Assembly: GCA_964586115.1 (NCBI GenBank) | Contig: CAZPHF010000001.1 | Coordinates: 9,766-73,765 of the forward strand | DNA: 64,000 nt | Reading direction: 5' to 3' | DNA from: an uncultured Flavobacteriaceae bacterium | GTDB lineage: Bacteria; Bacteroidota; Bacteroidia; Flavobacteriales; Flavobacteriaceae | Part shown: positions 1 through 9,981 of the stretch, in pieces | How the letters are laid out: every line of letters begins with the position of its first letter | Numbering within the stretch: position 1 is the stretch's first letter | Translations under genes and position numbers: made by a program | The notes under the pieces: model-generated | The model's database searches: none | The model's input: the letters and a program-made list of their open reading frames with translations, nothing else | Told to the model about the DNA's origin: nothing

Positions 1-1176
1 AGTCAATTCCGTACCCATTTCAATCTCATAGATACCCGGTCGCTTAAAGAAACTATCTAATGATACCAGTTTGGTACCCGTGGATTCAGAAGTTCCCAAA
101 GAAGCATATTCTTTACCTCCTTTGTCAAGAATCCAATGGATGTTGGCAAATGTTTCAACGTTACTCAATACGGTAGGTTTCCCAAATAATCCATATTGAG
201 CAGGGTAAGGAGGTCTTACCCTCACTTCAGGCCTCAGGCCTTCAATAGAGTTTAATAGCGCTGTTTCTTCACCACAGACATAACTTCCTTGTCCTTTGAT
301 AATTTTAAAGGTAAAGTCACCAATAAGATGATGGACTTTTAAATAATTCACGGCATTTTCAATAGTGCGTATAGATTCAGGATATTCACCTCTTATGTAA
401 ACAACACCGGTATTTGCTCCAACACATATTCCAGACAGGTACATCCCAAACAAGACTTTAAAGGGTTGATGTTCCATGAGATACATGTCACTATAAGCAC
501 CTGGATCTCCCTCATCTGCATTACAGACAATATATTTTTGTTCATTGACCTCCTTAGACACCGCATCAAGTTTAAACCAAAATGGGAATCCGGCCCCGCC
601 GCGACCTCTCAGTTTTGACGTTTTCAATTCTTCAATGATTTTTTCCTTGTTCTGTTGAAATTCATTGGCCAACTTGAAAAATGTCTTGATATCATCAACA
701 GTACCTGTAAGTATAGGCCTTGTATTGGCTTCTACATGATATTTATTTTCGACCTGAGCGGCTGTATCTTTTGAAGATAGCATTTGTTCTAAGCGCTCTT
801 TTGAATCTATTGAATACGTGTGATCTTTATACATAACGGCTCCGTTACTATGACAATGACCAACACAGGCCACATGGCCGATTGTTTCTTCTTTAAAATG
901 AGAACTCAACAAAGATTGTACTTGATCCTGAGATCCGGCAACCATACAGGCCGTGCCATTACACACTCTAATTTGTTTGTTTCTTTCTTCTGGTTTAATG
1001 AAGTCATAAAAAGAAGCAGTACCCAGTACTACAGAATCATCTATAAAAAACTGCTTTGATAACTGATGAAAATCTGTTTCGTCACCTTCATTTTTTGATA
1101 TTTCCGAAATTTTTTCAAACAGATTATATTCCAGTCCTTTTCTTGAAGAAAGAGATCGGATGCTTTTATTGGCCAT
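1..1176 (-). CDS. NuoE/NuoF-like fused diaphorase subunit (2Fe-2S + FMN/NADH-binding); runs off the left window edge
   Basis: Not in the ORF track. Manual translation from ATG at 1176: MANKSIRSLSSRK...; CNGTAC and CVGHC (2Fe-2S ligands), LRGRGGAGFP, CNADEGDPG, GQGSYVCGEETALLNSIEG are NuoF/HoxF/FdsB motifs. Confidence 0.9.
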   Translation of the reverse strand, partial: MANKSIRSLSSRKGLEYNLFEKISEISKNEGDETDFHQLSKQFFIDDSVVLGTASFYDFIKPEERNKQIRVCNGTACMVAGSQDQVQSLLSSHFKEETIGHVACVGHCHSNGAVMYKDHTYSIDSKERLEQMLSSKDTAAQVENKYHVEANTRPILTGTVDDIKTFFKLANEFQQNKEKIIEELKTSKLRGRGGAGFPFWFKLDAVSKEVNEQKYIVCNADEGDPGAYSDMYLMEHQPFKVLFGMYLSGICVGANTGVVYIRGEYPESIRTIENAVNYLKVHHLIGDFTFKIIKGQGSYVCGEETALLNSIEGLRPEVRVRPPYPAQYGLFGKPTVLSNVETFANIHWILDKGGKEYASLGTSESTGTKLVSLDSFFKRPGIYEIEMGTELT

Positions 1177-1242
1177 GGTATCAAATTGAATATTCTAGAA
1201 ATAAAAATAAGAAATATATTGAGGAAGTAGGGTAAGGGGGTG

Positions 1243-2418
1243 TTAAACTTTTCTACAATGGATCACTATCGTTTTTTCTTCTAAATCAGTAGTGAAGAAA
1301 AGAAAATCATCTCCACCTTCTTTGATACCCATTTTTTTTCTGATCTGTGCGACGGATTCATGAAAATTTCTTGTTGTAATATTGGCTTTTTTAGAACCGA
1401 ATACCTTTTTGATTTGCTTTTTATTGTATTTGTAAACAGTAATAATCTTAAAAGTTCTTCCAGGAAATTCAATAAGAATATCAGAAGTATATAAGTGACT
1501 GTTTATCTGAAGTTTATGTACGTTTAATTGAGAAGAAACTTCATTAAAAAGACCTGACTTGAGAATGGCTGAATTGGGTTCGTAAAGATATTTTTTAGCG
1601 AAAGAATAGGTGGGTGCTCCATGGGATGGAAATGTGGCTTCAAAGAAATCTTTTTTTTCATTAACGATGTTTACAGCTTTCAGATTGCAGTGACCTTTGT
1701 ATCCATTTTCAATTCGAATAATCAGTTCTTTGACTTCATTTTTCACAGCAACAACCTGAACTTCCCTAACAAATTGCAAACTGTTAATTATTGAAGATAT
1801 ATCTAGAAAGGGTGATAATTTGATCATTATATTGTTGGTGTGCTCAAGAAAAGTTTTGAAATGTAGTGTTACATCAGGTAAACAATCTTCTAGTCTAAAA
1901 ACCTTTCCTTTCAATTCATTCCTTCTTGAAGGATCAAGATAAACCCAATCATATTGCTGTGTTGAATTAGCTAAAAATGCAATACCATCTTCGTTTTTAC
2001 AATGAATGTTTTTCACTCCCATCTGACCGAAATTATGCGTAACAATTGCTGATAGTTCACCATTTATATCGCAATGAGTCACCTGATCAATTTTTTTTGC
2101 GAAAAAGTAGCTGTCAACTCCAAAACCGCCGGTAAGGTCTATCAATGATTGACCCGAAATAAGTGTTGACTTGTAACGGGCAGTAATCTCTGATGAAGTT
2201 TGTTCGATATTAACCCCTCTTGGATAATAGATCTTTTCCGTTTGAACCCAGGTGGGCAGCTTGGTCAAGCATTTTGACTTGGAAAGAACTTGTTCTGCCA
2301 GCTCTTGTATAGGAATTCCTTCGAAGGGAGATCCTTTTAGTACCAAGGTTGGAAGGTCGGTTTTTAAATGTGTATCAATAAAATGCTGGACTTCAGTATG
2401 TAATAGCTTCTCGTTCAA
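1243..2418 (-). CDS. Class I SAM-dependent methyltransferase with THUMP-like C-terminal domain
   Basis: DLTGGFGVD SAM motif, YLDPSRR motif, EQTSSE, LYEPNSAILKSG C-terminal region; conserved Bacteroidota family. Confidence 0.8.
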   Translation of the reverse strand: MNEKLLHTEVQHFIDTHLKTDLPTLVLKGSPFEGIPIQELAEQVLSKSKCLTKLPTWVQTEKIYYPRGVNIEQTSSEITARYKSTLISGQSLIDLTGGFGVDSYFFAKKIDQVTHCDINGELSAIVTHNFGQMGVKNIHCKNEDGIAFLANSTQQYDWVYLDPSRRNELKGKVFRLEDCLPDVTLHFKTFLEHTNNIMIKLSPFLDISSIINSLQFVREVQVVAVKNEVKELIIRIENGYKGHCNLKAVNIVNEKKDFFEATFPSHGAPTYSFAKKYLYEPNSAILKSGLFNEVSSQLNVHKLQINSHLYTSDILIEFPGRTFKIITVYKYNKKQIKKVFGSKKANITTRNFHESVAQIRKKMGIKEGGDDFLFFTTDLEEKTIVIHCRKV

Positions 2419-2419
2419 A

Positions 2420-3505
2420 CTAGTCGAAGTCTTTGGTCAAAGATTTAACTATTGGGTTTTCAGAAAGAAATTCTTTCAGAACAACTTTAATTACGGTGTA
2501 AGAGGGCACAGCAAAGATCATCCCGGTAATACCGAATAATAAACCGCCAATAACAATGATCAGAAATATTTCCAAGGGATGGGACTTCACACTTTTTGAA
2601 AATATAATGGGTTGGCTGAAAAAATTATCGATTAGTTGGGCGACGATATAACCAAATAACACATAAGTGGTAACAGGCAAAATATGGGTCTGAAAATCAT
2701 ACTCCAAGCTACTGGTCATGGTAAGCAGGATCATCAAGACGCCTCCAATCAAGGGGCCGATATAGGGAATTAAATTTAATAGGGCGCAAAGAAAAGCGAT
2801 GACAACGGCACTTTTGATATCAAAAATTAATAAGGTAACCGAGTAAATCGCGAATAGTATGGAAATTTGAATGATCAAGCCAATAAAATATCTAGATAAA
2901 AGATCATTGATTTTTTTTAAGGAGTGTAAGATTTTATCTTCATTGCGATCTGGTGTGATCAGCACGAAAACATTATGTAAAAGTCTGTTGTCTTTTAAAA
3001 AGAAAAAAGTGATAAAAAGCACAGAGAATAGACCCATGCTAAAAGATCCTACAACGCCCATAAATGAATTCAATAAACTAGGTATAGAGGCTATGTTTGA
3101 AGTTAAATCAATATTTTTTAACTCACGAAATAAGTTGATTCTTCTGGCTGAAAAGAAAACATCGATCTCTTGAAACAGATCAAACATTCTTCTTCTTAAT
3201 TCTTCAGTATTTAACAAGGATAAATTATGTCCTTGTTCTTTGATAAGCGGAATAAACATCGAAACAACCCCGAAAATTACCATTAGGAACAGCGTCATGG
3301 TTATGATCACTGCTAATATATTGGGGAGTTTGAGTCTATTCTTAAAAAAACTGAGGATAGGCCTTGCAATAAGCGATAAAACAGTCGCTATCACCAAATA
3401 GATAAGTACGCTTTGAATTTTGTATAGAAAAAATAGGATTAGAAGAATCCCTACAATAAAAGCTAAGGCTCTTAAAATTCCATTGGCAATGATTCTTGGA
3501 TTCAT
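2420..3505 (-). CDS. AI-2E family transporter
   Basis: Multi-TM protein with LNLIPYIGP, QLIDNFFSQP, HPLEIFL and GMIFAVP motifs. Confidence 0.88.
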   Translation of the reverse strand: MNPRIIANGILRALAFIVGILLILFFLYKIQSVLIYLVIATVLSLIARPILSFFKNRLKLPNILAVIITMTLFLMVIFGVVSMFIPLIKEQGHNLSLLNTEELRRRMFDLFQEIDVFFSARRINLFRELKNIDLTSNIASIPSLLNSFMGVVGSFSMGLFSVLFITFFFLKDNRLLHNVFVLITPDRNEDKILHSLKKINDLLSRYFIGLIIQISILFAIYSVTLLIFDIKSAVVIAFLCALLNLIPYIGPLIGGVLMILLTMTSSLEYDFQTHILPVTTYVLFGYIVAQLIDNFFSQPIIFSKSVKSHPLEIFLIIVIGGLLFGITGMIFAVPSYTVIKVVLKEFLSENPIVKSLTKDFD

Positions 3506-3576
3506 ACTTTTTAGTTCGTAATTGATCTTGGGTAAATATAGAAATAAATGTAGGAAGAATAAAGGCCTGACTTAGA

Positions 3577-4065
3577 TTATTCTTCACGTTTCAACACCAT
3601 TACCTGTTGATCACCTTCATAAAGAATTAAGGCATCATTTAATGTATAAGTCAATTCCTTTTCGTTAAAAGATTTCATGATCTTCCCACTAATATCCATA
3701 TGAGGACAGGCCATAAGGGTGCCTGCTGTAGGGCCAAAAATAATTTTATCTGTTTTGACGTTAACTTTTCCCTGAAATGAATTACAACCATCATTTCCAG
3801 ATAAAGCTTCCTTTGTGACATCTATAATCATGAAAGGTTGCTTGCCATTAAATTGCAGTGAGTCAATAGGCATATCATTTATCTGTTTGATCAGCCATTT
3901 TCCATCTAATATTATCAGCATTTCTTGTTGATACAATTCGCTATGCATCTCCTGAGACATTTTAGAATGAGGATCCTGGTAGCTGCTTCCAGATGAACTA
4001 GAAGATGATCCACAAGAAAAACACAGTAAGGAGAAAAAAATAGTGACTAAAAAAAAGGATTTCAT
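3577..4065 (-). CDS. META domain lipoprotein (HslJ-like)
   Basis: Lipobox CFSC plus Ser-rich linker; GNDGCNSF and GTLMACP META motifs. Confidence 0.85.
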   Translation of the reverse strand: MKSFFLVTIFFSLLCFSCGSSSSSSGSSYQDPHSKMSQEMHSELYQQEMLIILDGKWLIKQINDMPIDSLQFNGKQPFMIIDVTKEALSGNDGCNSFQGKVNVKTDKIIFGPTAGTLMACPHMDISGKIMKSFNEKELTYTLNDALILYEGDQQVMVLKREE

Positions 4066-4213
4066 TTTTGCGTATGATACTATTAAACTTCGTTTATAAA
4101 ACTATTTAAACAAAAATATCACTTATTAAAGACATGAAATTTTATTTGGTTTAAAAATATATTAACAGGATTGAATATTAAAATTCAAAAACAATCCATA
4201 ATTTTAGACATTA

Positions 4214-5734
4214 ATGATCAAATATTTTACAATGAATAGATTTAATGCATTAATCATCTGTCTTTTAATTTATGTTTCAGGTCTCGCGCAAGATGCGGCA
4301 TCCATAAATAATGGGTTGCGATCGTCGATTGAAGAGTTGAAAGATTTTATTTCCATACCTAATGACGCCCTTATTCCGGATGACATGGATAAAAACCTTG
4401 CCTGGTTATCAGAAAAATTCAGCAAAAGGGGTTTTAGCACTAAATTGATTACGACCACTGGTATTCCCTTATTTTTTGCAGAATTAACCAGCGAAAATAA
4501 AGAGGCACCAACGCTTTTAATTTATATGCATTTTGATGGTCAGTCTATCGATGCTTCAAAATGGAATCAACAGGACCCATATCAAGTAGTATTGAAGGAA
4601 AAGAATGAAGATCAGTGGATGGATCTCGATTGGAACAGGCTGAGCAAGGATATCAATCCTGAATGGCGGCTTTATGGAAGATCTACTTCAGATGACAAAG
4701 GGCCTATTGTGATGTTATTGAATGCAGTCGACATGTTGAGAACGGATAAAAAAAAGATACCTTTTCATGTAAAGGTTGTATTGGATGGAGAAGAGGAAAA
4801 AAGCAGTAAACCCTTACCGCAAGCGGTAAAAGAGAATAGGGATTTGTTAGAAGCCGATTTTTTAATGATCAATGATGGTCCGGTCCACCCTTCAAACAAA
4901 CCAACTTTAGTTTATGGATGTAGGGGGATCACCTCTATGAGTATCACAACTTTTGGACCAATAAGCCCTCAGCACAGTGGTCATTTTGGAAATTACGCTC
5001 CCAATCCGGGATTTCGATTGTTTCATTTACTGGGAAGCATGAAGGATGAAAATGGCAAAGTAATTATTAGTGGATATTACGATGGGATTGAACTTGATGA
5101 AGCGACAAAAAAAGTGTTAAGAAGCGTACCAGACGATATAGAATCGCTTCACCAGCGATTGGCAATACACTCCCCTGAAACCGTTGGGGCATATTACCAG
5201 GAATCATTACAATACCCTTCTTTAAATGTTCGGGGTTTAGGATCAGGTTGGATAGGGGAACAGGTAAGAACCATTGTTCCCGAAAAGGCCACGGCAGAGA
5301 TTGACTTAAGGCTGGTTGTTGAATCAGATGGTACAAGGCTAAAAAATTTGGTTAAGGAACATATTCAAAGCAAAGGGTATTACATTGTTGACAAGTTACC
5401 AACTATGGAAGAACGGATGACATATCCATTGATTGCCATGGTTAAAGAAGGATCGGTAACTGATGCTTTTAGAACAGATTTGAACAATCGTTATGGACAA
5501 TGGATGGAAAAAGTGCTCAGCACTACTTTCGATGAAAAAGTTGTGAAGATCAGAACCATGGGTGGAACTGTTCCGATTGCACCTTTTATCAATGAGTTGA
5601 ATATCCCAGCTATAATTCTCCCTTTGGTGAATCCTGACAACAATCAACATAGCCCTAATGAGAATCTAAGGCTCGGACAAATCACCTATGGACTTCAGGT
5701 GTTTTACAATCTTTTAAGTAGTGAAATCAACTAA
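4214..5734 (+). CDS. Secreted M20/M25/M40 family metallopeptidase
   Basis: Signal peptide; HFDGQ, GRSTSDDKGP, DGEEE, NNQHSPNENL metal-binding motifs. Alternative start 4232. Confidence 0.85.
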   Translation: MIKYFTMNRFNALIICLLIYVSGLAQDAASINNGLRSSIEELKDFISIPNDALIPDDMDKNLAWLSEKFSKRGFSTKLITTTGIPLFFAELTSENKEAPTLLIYMHFDGQSIDASKWNQQDPYQVVLKEKNEDQWMDLDWNRLSKDINPEWRLYGRSTSDDKGPIVMLLNAVDMLRTDKKKIPFHVKVVLDGEEEKSSKPLPQAVKENRDLLEADFLMINDGPVHPSNKPTLVYGCRGITSMSITTFGPISPQHSGHFGNYAPNPGFRLFHLLGSMKDENGKVIISGYYDGIELDEATKKVLRSVPDDIESLHQRLAIHSPETVGAYYQESLQYPSLNVRGLGSGWIGEQVRTIVPEKATAEIDLRLVVESDGTRLKNLVKEHIQSKGYYIVDKLPTMEERMTYPLIAMVKEGSVTDAFRTDLNNRYGQWMEKVLSTTFDEKVVKIRTMGGTVPIAPFINELNIPAIILPLVNPDNNQHSPNENLRLGQITYGLQVFYNLLSSEIN

Positions 5735-5760
5735 ATAGACATGAAAAAAATATAGTCATG

Positions 5761-7350
5761 TTACTTGTACTCACTTACAAAATGTAATTGAACACTTGGG
5801 TATTTTTGTTGTGTCATCTGCACTGTAAAAGCGGAGTCAGCTAAAAAAACCAATTGGCCTTTCTTATCTTTGGCAAGGTATCGTTGTTTGACCCTTTTGA
5901 ATTCTTTAAATTCTACACTTTGTTCATCTTCCGGTTCTACCCAACAGGCCTTATGTACGTTTACGTTTTCATAGGAGCATTTGGCTCCGTATTCGTGTTC
6001 AAGTCTGTATTGAATTACTTCAAATTGAAGCGCTCCAACGGTTCCTATTACTTTTCTTCCATTAAGATCTAAAGTAAACAACTGGGCCACCCCTTCATCC
6101 ATTAATTGGTCAAGTCCTTTGGCTAACTGTTTGGATTTCATTGGGTCAGCATTATTAACATACCTAAAATGCTCAGGTGAAAAGCTGGGTACTCCTTTGA
6201 ATTCCAAAATTTCACCCTCAGTCAGGGTATCGCCTATCTTAAAATTTCCAGTATCGTGTAAGCCTACAATATCTCCAGGAAAAGATTCATCAACGATTTC
6301 CTTCTTCTCAGCGAAAAAAGCATTCGGACTTGAAAATTTCATTTTCTTACCAAGTTTGACATGTAAATAGTTGGTATTTCTTTTAAAAACTCCTGAAACA
6401 ATCTTGACAAAGGCGAGTCTGTCGCGGTGTTTCGGGTCCATATTTGCATGAATCTTAAACACAAAACCCGTAAATTTCTTTTCTTTGGAATCAACCATTC
6501 TGTTGTTAGACATTTTTGGTTGAGGAGAAGGTGCAATGTCGATAAAACAGTCCAACAACTCCTTTACTCCAAAATTATTAAGTGCAGAGCCAAAGAATAC
6601 GGGTTGTAAATCACCTTTCAGATATGCTTCCTTGTCAAATCCAGGATATACCTCTTGAACCAGTTCTAATTCTTCTCTAAGTCTTTCTGCAGCTGTTTCT
6701 CCAATAATACGATCCAGTTCAGGGTCATCCAAATCAGTAAATTCCATTCCTTCAGAAACAGTCTGTTTACTGCCCGCTGAAAATAAGTTCAGTTTTTTGT
6801 CCCAAATATTATAAATTCCCTTGAAATCATAGCCCATCCCAATGGGGAAACTTAAAGGAACGACCTTTAAACCTAATTTTTGTTCCACTTCATCCAAGAG
6901 GTCAAAAGCATCCTTACCCTCCCTGTCGAGTTTGTTGATAAAAACGATTATCGGAATATTTCGCATTCGGCAGACCTCTACAAGCTTTTCTGTTTGTGCT
7001 TCGACACCTTTCGCAACGTCGATGACCACAATGACGCTATCAACCGCAGTCAGGGTTCTAAAAGTATCTTCGGCAAAATCTTTGTGACCCGGTGTATCTA
7101 GAATATTGATTTTTTTGTCCTTATAAATAAAAGCAAGCACGGATGTGGCAACAGAAATACCCCGTTGACGTTCAATTTCCATAAAGTCAGAAGTCGCACC
7201 TTTTTTGATCTTATTGCTTTTAACAGCACCGGCCTCTTGGATTGCACCACCAAATAGCAGGAGCTTCTCCGTTAAGGTAGTCTTACCAGCATCCGGGTGA
7301 GAAATAATACCAAAAGTACGCCTTCTTTGTATTTCCTGAAGTAAATCCAT
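5761..7350 (-). CDS. prfC: Peptide chain release factor 3
   Basis: RRRTFGIISHPDAGKTT, LDTPGHKDF, NKLD, GSALNNFGV, GALQFEV; 529 aa. Confidence 0.97.
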   Translation of the reverse strand: MDLLQEIQRRRTFGIISHPDAGKTTLTEKLLLFGGAIQEAGAVKSNKIKKGATSDFMEIERQRGISVATSVLAFIYKDKKINILDTPGHKDFAEDTFRTLTAVDSVIVVIDVAKGVEAQTEKLVEVCRMRNIPIIVFINKLDREGKDAFDLLDEVEQKLGLKVVPLSFPIGMGYDFKGIYNIWDKKLNLFSAGSKQTVSEGMEFTDLDDPELDRIIGETAAERLREELELVQEVYPGFDKEAYLKGDLQPVFFGSALNNFGVKELLDCFIDIAPSPQPKMSNNRMVDSKEKKFTGFVFKIHANMDPKHRDRLAFVKIVSGVFKRNTNYLHVKLGKKMKFSSPNAFFAEKKEIVDESFPGDIVGLHDTGNFKIGDTLTEGEILEFKGVPSFSPEHFRYVNNADPMKSKQLAKGLDQLMDEGVAQLFTLDLNGRKVIGTVGALQFEVIQYRLEHEYGAKCSYENVNVHKACWVEPEDEQSVEFKEFKRVKQRYLAKDKKGQLVFLADSAFTVQMTQQKYPSVQLHFVSEYK

Positions 7351-7467
7351 GATTGAAAATTAGTCCGCAAATATAAGCCAACTATGTAAACTTATCATTA
7401 GGATATTCAATTTTTGAATGCAGCCTTTGAGCGAGCTTTAAGATCTCTTTTTATTGTTTAATATAAA

Positions 7468-8172
7468 TCAATTAATAACCTCTATTTTCATAAAAACATC
7501 ATCAAGCGGCCACTCATCGCTTCCTGCCTTAAGATTCACTATTTTATCAATAGTTTCAAAACCCGAGATTACTTGGCCAATAACGGTGTGTTCGCCATCA
7601 AGGTGATGCGCCCCTTTTCTGTTTTGAACAATATAAAATTCAAAGGCTGTTGAATACTTTCTAGGATTGTTTTCCCAGTCTCTTGCCATGGCAATTGCTC
7701 CATATGTATGACGCCGTTGCTTGCTGAATTCAGGTGGGATTTTATATCGCTGGTATCTGGCTTTATACCTTTGTGTGTCGAGCCGTTCTGATTCACCACC
7801 CTGTATAATAAAATCAGGAACGACACGATAGAAACAGGTCGTGTCAAAATATCCCATCTTGGTAAGGAAGATGAAACTGGCCCGATGTAAAGGTGTGTCT
7901 TTATACAATTGAATTTTAATATTTCCAAGTCTTGTCTTGATCAATACCTTGGTTTCTTTGTTTTCCTCGCCGTATTTGCCTAAAAACAAGATTACGTTCT
8001 TTTTGTTAATAGAATCTTTTGGATGTTGTGGGGTAGATGTGGTTTCAATATTTTCTTTCTTTAAAACCTTTTCAACGATTATTTCTTGATCTTTTGCTCT
8101 ATTCTTGTCATTTTTACAATTTGAAAACATGAGCAGAAACATAATGAAGAAAGGTATTGAGAAATATTTCAT
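7468..8172 (-). CDS. Cyclophilin-type peptidyl-prolyl isomerase, lipoprotein
   Basis: FYRVVPDFIIQGG, GAIAMAR, HLDGEHTVIGQV; lipobox FSNC. Start moved to ATG 8172 (MKYFSIP). Confidence 0.88.
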   Translation of the reverse strand: MKYFSIPFFIMFLLMFSNCKNDKNRAKDQEIIVEKVLKKENIETTSTPQHPKDSINKKNVILFLGKYGEENKETKVLIKTRLGNIKIQLYKDTPLHRASFIFLTKMGYFDTTCFYRVVPDFIIQGGESERLDTQRYKARYQRYKIPPEFSKQRRHTYGAIAMARDWENNPRKYSTAFEFYIVQNRKGAHHLDGEHTVIGQVISGFETIDKIVNLKAGSDEWPLDDVFMKIEVIN

Positions 8173-8254
8173 AGCTATTGATATGCATAAATTAAAAACA
8201 AAGATATAGCAATGAAACAAATGTTTGTATTTTCACTGACTAAATAAGACATGA

Positions 8255-8725
8255 ATGAGAGGAGTTATTGTTATATGCATTTTATTTATTTGTATTTCAT
8301 TTAGTTGTGAAGGAAAGAAAAAGGATCATAAAAAGGCAACACTTTTTACAGATATGAAAGGTCTTCCAGTAAGCTTGGAACAATTCAAAGGAAAACGAAT
8401 TTTGGTTAATTATTGGGCTACATGGTGCGTACCATGTTTAAAAGAATTTCCTTCTTTGCAAAAGGCAGAAGAATTGCTATCGAATGAAAATTATGTATTC
8501 TTGTTTCCAAGTCCGGATAGCCCTAAAGAAATAAAAGCATTTTATGAATTGAGAAGTTATTCTTTAAATTTTTTATCCCTGAATCAGTCTTTAGATAAAT
8601 TGAATATTTATGCCTTACCGTCAACCATCATATATACAACGGAAGGTTCTGTTTATAAAAAAATTGATGGTGCGACAGATTGGTTCTCACCTGAAATGAT
8701 TGATTTGTTAAGATCTGTACCATGA
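8255..8725 (+). CDS. TlpA-family thioredoxin-like lipoprotein
   Basis: Lipobox SFSC; LVNYWATWCVPCLKEFP; cis-Pro ALPST motif. Confidence 0.88.
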   Translation: MRGVIVICILFICISFSCEGKKKDHKKATLFTDMKGLPVSLEQFKGKRILVNYWATWCVPCLKEFPSLQKAEELLSNENYVFLFPSPDSPKEIKAFYELRSYSLNFLSLNQSLDKLNIYALPSTIIYTTEGSVYKKIDGATDWFSPEMIDLLRSVP

Positions 8726-9957
8726 AACATGTAATAAAATTTAGTTTGATTTTTTTTGTAGCTGTTCTGCTATCCTGTCAAGTAAAGGATAAGGTTGAGG
8801 TTTTGAATTTGGTAGAAATGAATCCTCCGGTAGACACGCTATCCATGCAACCTTATCTATTTGCAAACGGATCAGAATTATTGATGTCATGGACAGAACA
8901 GAAGAATGATTCAGTATTTGCACTATACGTTTCAAAATTAACTGATGGAAAATGGAGTGCCAGGTCAGAAATTAAAAAAGGTAAGAATTGGTTTGTGAAT
9001 TGGGCAGATTTTCCATCTATTACAGGCTTTGACGATAAGCTACTTAGTTACTATTTGAAGAAATCTGATGCAGAGACCTTTGCCTATGATATTTTTTTAA
9101 GGCAATCCAATGATTCGGGAATACATTGGAATATTGAAAATAAGTTACACAGTGATACGACCAAAAGTGAACACGGTTTTGTTAGTATGACACCTTCAAG
9201 TGATAATTCTTTTTTTATCAGTTGGCTAGATGGAAGAAATACAAAAAGTATGGGGCATGATCATGCTCATGGTGAAAATGGAGGAGCCATGCAGATCAGA
9301 GTGGCAGAGCTCATGACCAACGGAGAGATAAAAAATGAATTTGAACTTGATTCTCGTACTTGTGATTGCTGCCAAACTTCAATAGCGATGACAGATGATG
9401 GTCCAATTGTTGTTTTTAGAGATAGATCTGGTCAAGAAATAAGAGATATTTATTATTCCAAATATAAGGATGGAGTTTGGTCCAAATCTAAGCCTGTTTT
9501 TCAGGACAACTGGACGATAAACGGTTGCCCTGTAAATGGTCCTAAAGTGGCAGTTCAAGAAAATTCAGTAGCTGTGGCGTGGTTTACTGCTGCTGATAAT
9601 ATTCCCAAAGTAAATCTCGCATTTTCAAACGACAGGGGTGAGAACTTTTTACACCCCATTCAAATTAATCAGGGGAAGGCTATCGGAAGGGTTGATCTCT
9701 TAATGCTAGACAAAGACACTGCTTTGATCAGCTGGATGGAATCATCAGAAGATATGGCTTTGCTGAGAATTGCAAAAGTTGGAATCAGTGGAGAAATAGA
9801 GAAAATAATAACAGTAGGAGAAATCTCATCATCTAGATCAACTGGTTTCCCTCAAATGGAATTAGTTGGTAACCAAATCTATATGGCTTGGAATGGTTTG
9901 GAAAATGATAAAAAAAAGATCAAGGTTTTAAGTCTTTCTTCGGAAGCACTAAATTGA
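8722..9957 (+). CDS. Asp-box (BNR) beta-propeller lipoprotein with CDCC/GCP/His-rich motifs
   Basis: Lipobox LLSC; Asp-boxes SNDSGIHW and SNDRGENF; TCDCCQT, NGCPVNGP, HDHAHG. Overlaps the TlpA stop (ATGA). Confidence 0.7.
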   Translation: MKHVIKFSLIFFVAVLLSCQVKDKVEVLNLVEMNPPVDTLSMQPYLFANGSELLMSWTEQKNDSVFALYVSKLTDGKWSARSEIKKGKNWFVNWADFPSITGFDDKLLSYYLKKSDAETFAYDIFLRQSNDSGIHWNIENKLHSDTTKSEHGFVSMTPSSDNSFFISWLDGRNTKSMGHDHAHGENGGAMQIRVAELMTNGEIKNEFELDSRTCDCCQTSIAMTDDGPIVVFRDRSGQEIRDIYYSKYKDGVWSKSKPVFQDNWTINGCPVNGPKVAVQENSVAVAWFTAADNIPKVNLAFSNDRGENFLHPIQINQGKAIGRVDLLMLDKDTALISWMESSEDMALLRIAKVGISGEIEKIITVGEISSSRSTGFPQMELVGNQIYMAWNGLENDKKKIKVLSLSSEALN

Positions 9958-9981
9958 TATCTTTGTAAAAAAAAGATTGGC

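Noticed and set aside
820-1059. 79-aa plus-strand ORF
   Set aside because: Lies antisense to the NuoEF-like gene, which the track missed because it is truncated at the edge.
4171-4188. TTGAAT-N6-ATTCAA palindrome upstream of the M20 peptidase, as an ArgR box
   Set aside because: ArgR boxes have a 4-bp centre and usually come in tandem; single, short and AT-rich, so it cannot be assigned.
8722-9957. Calling the Asp-box protein a sialidase
   Set aside because: Asp-boxes are structural only; I found no (F/Y)RIP motif or other catalytic signature.
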